From assembly GCA_050287845.1 (NCBI GenBank), contig JBNKCR010000038.1, forward strand, positions 1 through 62,761: a DNA stretch of 62,761 nucleotides. Direction: 5' to 3'. The position numbers were made by a program, and so were the translations under genes. A model generated the notes under the pieces. The model saw nothing but the letters and a program-made list of their open reading frames with translations, made no database searches and was not told where the DNA came from. This stretch comes from Polyangia bacterium. GTDB taxonomy: Bacteria > Myxococcota_A > Polyangia > JAAYKL01. Of this stretch, positions 58,601 through 62,761 are shown piece after piece; the first letter of the stretch is position 1, and each line of letters begins with the position of its first letter.

Positions 58601-61532
58601 TTATTATTCGTCACCTTTTGTAGCCATGATAAAGTTATTTGCAGTAACGGCTATTGGATACCAAGAGGGAGAGGCAATGAGAATTGCCAAATTTGTTGAC
58701 CCATTGGGAAGGCCATTGCAGACGCAGAAACGTGCATTGATTGACAGTAGAACCCAATGGGTAGTTTCCGGGGCAATTGAATTTGATGATTTCGGTCGCG
58801 TGGCAAGTATGGGTAAAAACGTGTTGGTGGATACAGATGAAAATCTGCCATATCTTACGACGGTTGATAGCATTGAACCGGTAACTTATTATTATGATGA
58901 TTTGGGTAGATTGAAGAAAGTCGCTGATAGTGAGGGTAAATATCAAAAACCTTCGCAGGAAGTACTTTCCGTTTGGGTAGACGACATCAACGGTATCAAT
59001 TTGCATCAGACTTTATATGTTGACAAGATAATCGATCAATCGTCTGTTGAGCGAATAGCCTATCGTGATATCCATGGAAATGTTCTTGCAGAATACCTGA
59101 TTGCTCCAGATCCGAACACTTCTGTGATTCAGACGTCTTTAGTTCAAAAAATTATAAATTCTCCACTCTCCCATGAGGTCATTGATTCCCAAGGAAAATC
59201 CAGTCGATTCATAATTGATTCTTTGGGACGGCCTGAAAAAGTTATTACTCCTGATGCAGGTGAGACTCAGTATTTGTATAACGATTTTGGAAAATTGGAC
59301 CGAATCGTACGCGTCGGAAAAGATGCGACTGTTGCCCCGGTAACCACCATTTATAATTACGACGACGCTGGCCGAATTCAACATGTCGATAGCGAAGACA
59401 ATGCCAGAGATATTTGGGTTTCCTATTACGATGTCAGCGAAGATGAATGGAATCGCAATAAGGTGAAGTCTATTGATGTTGGTTTTGATGACCGCATTGG
59501 TTTTCCTGACGAAGTAGATTTGACGACCTGGTTTTTCTATGGCGAAGATTTCGTTACCAAGCAGCGCAGAGGGGTAAGAAGCGCTCGCGGTGGAAACGGC
59601 AACGTTGTTCCAAAATTTACGATGAAGTATTATGCTGACGCGTATGGTCGTACGAGATTGGTTCAGTATCCTGATGGAGAAGCGGTTCGCTATTCATACG
59701 ATATTGCGGGTCGCTTACAGAGCGTGATGGGAAGTAGCGTAATGGGAAGAGACGCGGAATACATTTCTGACATCACTTACAATGCAGATAACCAGCGGGA
59801 GACCGTGACATATGGCAATGGCGTGGTACGAGAATATGAGTATTACCCCGTCAGTAGTCAGCTGCAGAATATGCGGGTGTATAATGCCAATACTGCTGGC
59901 ACAGATATGCTGAATCTCACGTATAATTACGATAATCGCCGTCAGCTGGACCTGGTTACCAATACGATTGAGGGAGCGCCGCAAAATAATTTTAATCTGG
60001 ATTATGGCTATGATTCTTTTGGTAGGGTATCCAGTGCAACTGGCGCCGCGACCAATGGTGATTGGAGTCTGCAAAATAGCTATCAGTTTGACCTTGGCAC
60101 CCGGTTGGAGCAATCCGTCGTTTCGGGAATCCCCCGGGTAGCAGAGTTCCTTCCGCAAACATCTGCGCCGCATATCGTCCATTTGTATGATGAAGCAGGT
60201 GTGGAATCTGAAACGAAAACATATGACTACAACAATGTTGGCGAGTTGTGGCGTATGACCAGCGCAGTCGTAGGCAGACTTGAAAACGAAGTTCATGAAT
60301 TCCAGTTCAACAGTGACGGAACCCTTGCGGGAGTGCAGACACAGAATACGGATATCAATTTCAAGTATGATGAGATGGGGAATCGCGTATACAAAAAGTC
60401 GGTTTCGACAAGTAACGTTGTGAATGAGACATTTTATCTGTTCAATTTGTTTTCCATGAAAAATGGAGTGATTAATAATCATATTTCCGACGGTACCCAC
60501 GTGGTGGCAACCAAGTTGCGCAATGATGAAGAACAGGTGCTGTACTTTACGCCGGATCATCTGGGTAGCACCGTGTTTGTGACGGACAAAGCCGGTTCGA
60601 TTCTTTCGAAAAGCATGTACGATCCGTTCGGAAACGCGTTTTTCGAAAAGCCTTTTACCAGCACATCCGTTGAAAATGAACGCAAGTTCACCAATCAGAT
60701 TTATGATGAAGAAACAGGGCTGTACTACTTTAATGCCAGATACTACGACCCCGAAAATGGCGTGTTCATATCGCCCGACCCGGCCATGGATGGATTGAAT
60801 CATTATGTATATGCAAGAGGTAATCCGCTACTGTTTACAGATATGACCGGACTAGAAGTTGATGTAGATCGTGATTTCGATTTTGAATTTGACGGCTTTT
60901 TTTCGTACGATTACGATTTTTATGCAAATTACGAAGATTTCGTTGATTACTATGATTTTTATGTGCAAATACCTGATGTGAGTAGTGAAACGTGCGATCC
61001 ATCGTTATATTCAACGGGAGAATTTGCTATTGGAACAAATGTGTCGGGATATACATGGACTAATAGTTATAAGGCTAAGGCTCTGTTTGACGATAGAATT
61101 ATGGCATTTGCCATTACCAAAGATTATAGCGCAACTCTATATAGCGCCGAGATTGGGATTCAGGGATCGGTGAAGATGTATAACGTTGATGTGGCAACAG
61201 TACTCAATAGTGATGACGCGACATTTTCTTATGGATTAGATCTTTGGGGTAGTGATATTGGCGGCGGATTTGAGCAGAGCTTTTTATTTGACAATGAAAC
61301 GGCAACATCGAGAGGGTACGGACAAGGCTTTAACTGGAGTTTGGGCTTGTCGTCCGAAGGGAACCCTTTTGATGTTCAAGGTGGTTTTACACAGGAAACT
61401 TTATATTCAGTTACTGCACCAATAGATCCTGTAAAAAGAATGATTGATTATCATGCGACTTCTGCGCAGAAGCGATCCTTCTGGCGAATACTAATGGATG
61501 CGTTGACAGTTTCCAATGGAATGATGTATTGA
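52653..61532 (+). CDS. Giant RHS/YD-repeat protein (lipoprotein signal, LamG-like, SpvB/TcdB-like, FG-GAP repeats, RHS core, C-terminal payload)
   Basis: SMGC lipobox; PTLTLQYRS...GIGWNL; six DxNGDG-type loops; YxYD..GR repeats; DHLGS, YDPFG, ETGLYYFNARYYDP, NPLLFTDMTGL. Confidence 0.92.
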   Translation: MYRTVAICISLIFLFISMGCSESKESELIRGHAAHLYTEGQRILGFEDHNDWSNSNQNSTIHSEGAQSIQVFPNGWTEVQSVALSSLGIVMDKISVDVLMPEIPSSGDITIIVRVPSRGIYYRQLETIPMSSLTAGQFSTVSFLMPTDVAEALNGMYSDLNLSIVLNTPPMTQPILLDNMQIVELDDDTDSSGTTGEPLAYTKGNTRDFIFSLPGNVSIDEAFMTASESIRLSNAVTVASEKAVISNLGRGLLEMNTDVSLGGDVYALGDVTLADRVSINGFLRLNGTLTQGNNVVIADGVENIQVAAGMVIDWTTVWPEATSSFFIDNTQIQEPASGAYNSIRVQPGGTLILNPGKYYVNEFIVEKGGRVVVNGNGSPVILYVKDTIAARGEVVHSQSSEDFLIAYGGTSIVDLDAPFGGTVIAPFAELRLAPLNGATHEGSFVGRRINAEANNEIILKPFAHWDYLKGLDACTPVSSYFDCSTISPWEQKEYIRGDKVTDGSRVYEVYDDERRTLAGSSPEYAPSSGTSWLEAWHVDGTCNTADVSGDFLKDFSAKDIDLYFSFDEILNDDNGKMVSGTGDVQARIVGEDAYVRENSRRSGCTTGSSVLLNSRWAPEYSGGIPPASTDLTYLEFEKSMDTDKLSVLMQLKTSVLSSQTFVSFANATQTSLAIGYSEQNGFYVHLGDAAGTHYAGKTVFGDIAPGEWMDIAVVIEGQGDGTSTVQFYVNNQSLFTDGAKDSVTMNGALDVNNGKWVIGAYQDALLGTTHTQLVGELGSLLITKKSVNPRMAPDIIGLSEQISSVENDLTTVGKEAQLNTSAPDIHIPNPMQGYKELAIPQINTQGRAEVTYPFELPQAVKGPTPTLTLQYRSDKNDGNAGIGWNLAMSRIEFDTSDEGIPDYHGPAADYTNLVFDGAKLVFWKEENGDYLYRAKKEKAFYTVRYTAAHYMRVDYPDGTIRFYGNAPKSVVRVLGDPEKTLRWYLTEIIDPHGNSVLYTYGGGEMSAISDELFFEPFLKRIDYGHNHRYSVGLAWVHRYDDDYRMNGRGGFLVGDLARLEGVEVLADNDVLKTFNLEYEDAALFGKRLQTVIEYAGDLAGEEVNRFEFGYTELGYDYTNSLDGTAVDPEFMYFSAPGQDVFPSGRNRTHINERQNEGNDYSVAYLNSMPMDWNGDGIVDFIDNVSADGIIFTILNDGTQPFSTVSSPYSLDFSVECQYPFEMSGVGILTAQASQTLKQDAGNGGGWTFKNIGLYDLNGDGYKDLLRSCNHSVRALMNNKGVLSENFVSIPMPPVYASLPDFTNLFRYWNDNYSSGRTSANGHIESGAFEWGARDEHYHLGVAGTYSALLDMNGDGNLDRLMILFDDSSVSNRRRVWAQYSDGIGGFSDQAVDLGYIPDHGTGANWSTGVNRFTLGMNRVVDINGDKLPDILPAVHGLGFILNTGTFENSPMVWSNMDHWWHWVLLDTDYYSDGFSMEDPGGFYGPRPDKYVEDLLMADMNGDGLLDFVSIRPGGVWVELNTGHSFLDRQEWMILHDKESKKEIPWLSISWKIEEEIPLLKTKMTTKEDFLRDCDGDGAMDFVVPASESEFLTERRCKINNTGRVNRLNQITNTFTGRKIQLGYTDGVRIKTDPTDANARKRTVFSKVRVENTFMSDGPVQVWEYSYEDGMEDQTNRRFLGWEQLESRNYVEGHKDDGTVWVDKKEFEYSSVGELDEWGLNEVPDEYMNGTLLKHETGYSVKGEYKTLSRVEYVYDDVSVVSTTDDVRYVYPIDVKTSRFDDNGQCLHGEDSPGVCRNREIKHTDVLMEPTLGYIEQIVVSNSGDPLVPTDDVVTTRVFEPVGAGDKIQQKLEKTQQGQLQLSLASYDYDANGILFRKSQWNSNGDDLVTSFAFQNGLISSTGIAGRIPTTFSYEYDPVNAPGVATRKTTILPDGTDVIDDYDYQNQLVQSTTNGGATAYYTYDNRGRLTGTGNHVAGGLNVQYYYSSPFVAMIKLFAVTAIGYQEGEAMRIAKFVDPLGRPLQTQKRALIDSRTQWVVSGAIEFDDFGRVASMGKNVLVDTDENLPYLTTVDSIEPVTYYYDDLGRLKKVADSEGKYQKPSQEVLSVWVDDINGINLHQTLYVDKIIDQSSVERIAYRDIHGNVLAEYLIAPDPNTSVIQTSLVQKIINSPLSHEVIDSQGKSSRFIIDSLGRPEKVITPDAGETQYLYNDFGKLDRIVRVGKDATVAPVTTIYNYDDAGRIQHVDSEDNARDIWVSYYDVSEDEWNRNKVKSIDVGFDDRIGFPDEVDLTTWFFYGEDFVTKQRRGVRSARGGNGNVVPKFTMKYYADAYGRTRLVQYPDGEAVRYSYDIAGRLQSVMGSSVMGRDAEYISDITYNADNQRETVTYGNGVVREYEYYPVSSQLQNMRVYNANTAGTDMLNLTYNYDNRRQLDLVTNTIEGAPQNNFNLDYGYDSFGRVSSATGAATNGDWSLQNSYQFDLGTRLEQSVVSGIPRVAEFLPQTSAPHIVHLYDEAGVESETKTYDYNNVGELWRMTSAVVGRLENEVHEFQFNSDGTLAGVQTQNTDINFKYDEMGNRVYKKSVSTSNVVNETFYLFNLFSMKNGVINNHISDGTHVVATKLRNDEEQVLYFTPDHLGSTVFVTDKAGSILSKSMYDPFGNAFFEKPFTSTSVENERKFTNQIYDEETGLYYFNARYYDPENGVFISPDPAMDGLNHYVYARGNPLLFTDMTGLEVDVDRDFDFEFDGFFSYDYDFYANYEDFVDYYDFYVQIPDVSSETCDPSLYSTGEFAIGTNVSGYTWTNSYKAKALFDDRIMAFAITKDYSATLYSAEIGIQGSVKMYNVDVATVLNSDDATFSYGLDLWGSDIGGGFEQSFLFDNETATSRGYGQGFNWSLGLSSEGNPFDVQGGFTQETLYSVTAPIDPVKRMIDYHATSAQKRSFWRILMDALTVSNGMMY

Positions 61533-61748
61533 TTGAAAGGTTAACGGGGCATTCAATGTTGTCGGTAGAGAATTTGTAAAGACAGACCTACAGAAAGAAT
61601 ACAGAGAAGGGGTCGGAAATAGGCCAGAATGTTTTCGGGATCGACTGCAAGATGACACTCACCCTGTGACATTTTTCTTTAAATGCGACTTTCCGTTGGC
61701 CCTGTTGTTGGTGCAGATGTCGCTCTTGAGCAATAGCGGAGTTGAACT

Positions 61749-62186
61749 GTGATATATAGAGGTCGAATATTGCTAAATAGTCGTGACAATGGCGGTTGCG
61801 ACAATAGAACTTTTGTCAAATTTATAGCCGACGAGTTATTGAAACTTAAGGCAAATGACATTAGTATTAACGACAATATAATCAAGTTTAAAAGTCCTCC
61901 ACCATCCGCAAAAAACTTTTTAGTTTACGTGATCTCTGGACAAATTAAAGTCTGTAGTGAACCAAATAGAATCACGTACACACTAAATTTAATGAGTTTT
62001 TTGCCAGCTCTGTTGGTTTCTGTACTTTCTTTATGGATATATTTTTTTATTTCACCCATTGCCAGTGTGGCCGCGTCCTTTTTGTGGTGCTCGATTGTCT
62101 TGTATTTAGGGGGCTCGGTGACTGTAATTCTGATTTTTAGACAGTGGTTAATCGATTGCATTAGAAAAGCGGAGCAACTCACGTAA
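61749..62186 (+). CDS. AT-rich small membrane protein, candidate immunity protein
   Basis: 145 aa, two C-terminal TM helices, co-oriented downstream of the RHS gene. Confidence 0.55.
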   Translation: MIYRGRILLNSRDNGGCDNRTFVKFIADELLKLKANDISINDNIIKFKSPPPSAKNFLVYVISGQIKVCSEPNRITYTLNLMSFLPALLVSVLSLWIYFFISPIASVAASFLWCSIVLYLGGSVTVILIFRQWLIDCIRKAEQLT

Positions 62187-62422
62187 ATGAGCGGGAAAAT
62201 GTGTACTTCCGGCGAACATGCTTAGATGGGAGAATAGAGGACGTTGTGTGCGCCGGGACGAAACCGGTGGAGTGTAGAGAATGAAAGTTTCTTACTTTAG
62301 AAGGCTTCATAGGTTAGTCTTTAAGTGTTACTGGCCGATTTGACACCGTACAGTCTTACCACTTTTCCATCGTATGATTTTTTGCCGATTTCCACGGTGA
62401 CGTCGTAAATGGTTGCCGATTT

Positions 62423-62620
62423 GTAAGCGGTAACAGAACGGCGCTATTGATTTTTGCCGATGATGTCGATAAGGGAGCCTCGCGGTTTGTCGGCAAAATG
62501 CTTCTTCCAGTTTACAGGGGTGAGTTGATGAATTTCTGATTTCGGATGGTCGGCGACCCGCTGCAGGACATCGACCAGATAGGTGTACGGTAAGTTTTCG
62601 GCAAGCATGCACAGGCCAAA
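62423..62620 (-). mobile_element. IS66-family remnant (terminal repeat plus transposase C-terminal fragment)
   Basis: PYTYLVDVLQRVADHPKSEIHQLTPVNW resembles the IS66 transposase C-terminus; GTAAGCG IS66-type end at 62423 just past its stop. Confidence 0.78.
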
Positions 62621-62761
62621 AGGTAGTGTCCACAATTTTTCGCACTTTTTCAAACTGGCGGTCTTCAATCTCATAATTTACTCAAGCAGTTTCTCTTTCA
62701 AGATCCATTTCCCTCAGCCTGTTCATATTCAGGTACTTTTTGGTTCCCCATTTGGTCCCTG

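Overview
62.8 kb of a bacterial chromosome, probably Myxococcota/deltaproteobacterial. This is inferred from a MYXO-CTERM-like tail, Asp-Thr-linker lipoproteins and an ECF-FecR-TPR cluster. The left third is mostly housekeeping and regulatory: a VapBC-like toxin-antitoxin pair, menB-menA-menC-menE, two two-component pairs, radC behind a consensus sigma-54 promoter, a sulfatase-like lipoprotein, pyrC, rpe, RNase J, a tiny di-heme cytochrome, tRNA-Pro(CGG) and an LD-carboxypeptidase. The rest is largely accessory: an ECF/anti-sigma cluster with Cys-rich lipoproteins, a decayed group II intron RT fragment missing from the ORF track, surface proteins, a 2959-aa lipoprotein-type SpvB/FG-GAP/RHS protein and an IS66 remnant. 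The best candidate for an undescribed system is a complete beta-CASP nuclease fused to three C-terminal dsRNA-binding-like motifs (29028-31505). It lies head-to-head with a large SNF2 ATPase, followed by a DUF2161 nuclease-like gene. Also notable: a ~1350-codon surface-protein gene split by a single CAG>TAG change, a structured intergenic RNA candidate downstream of rnj, and a REP doublet flanked by 19-bp direct repeats. All family calls come from motif recognition by eye; no searches were run.
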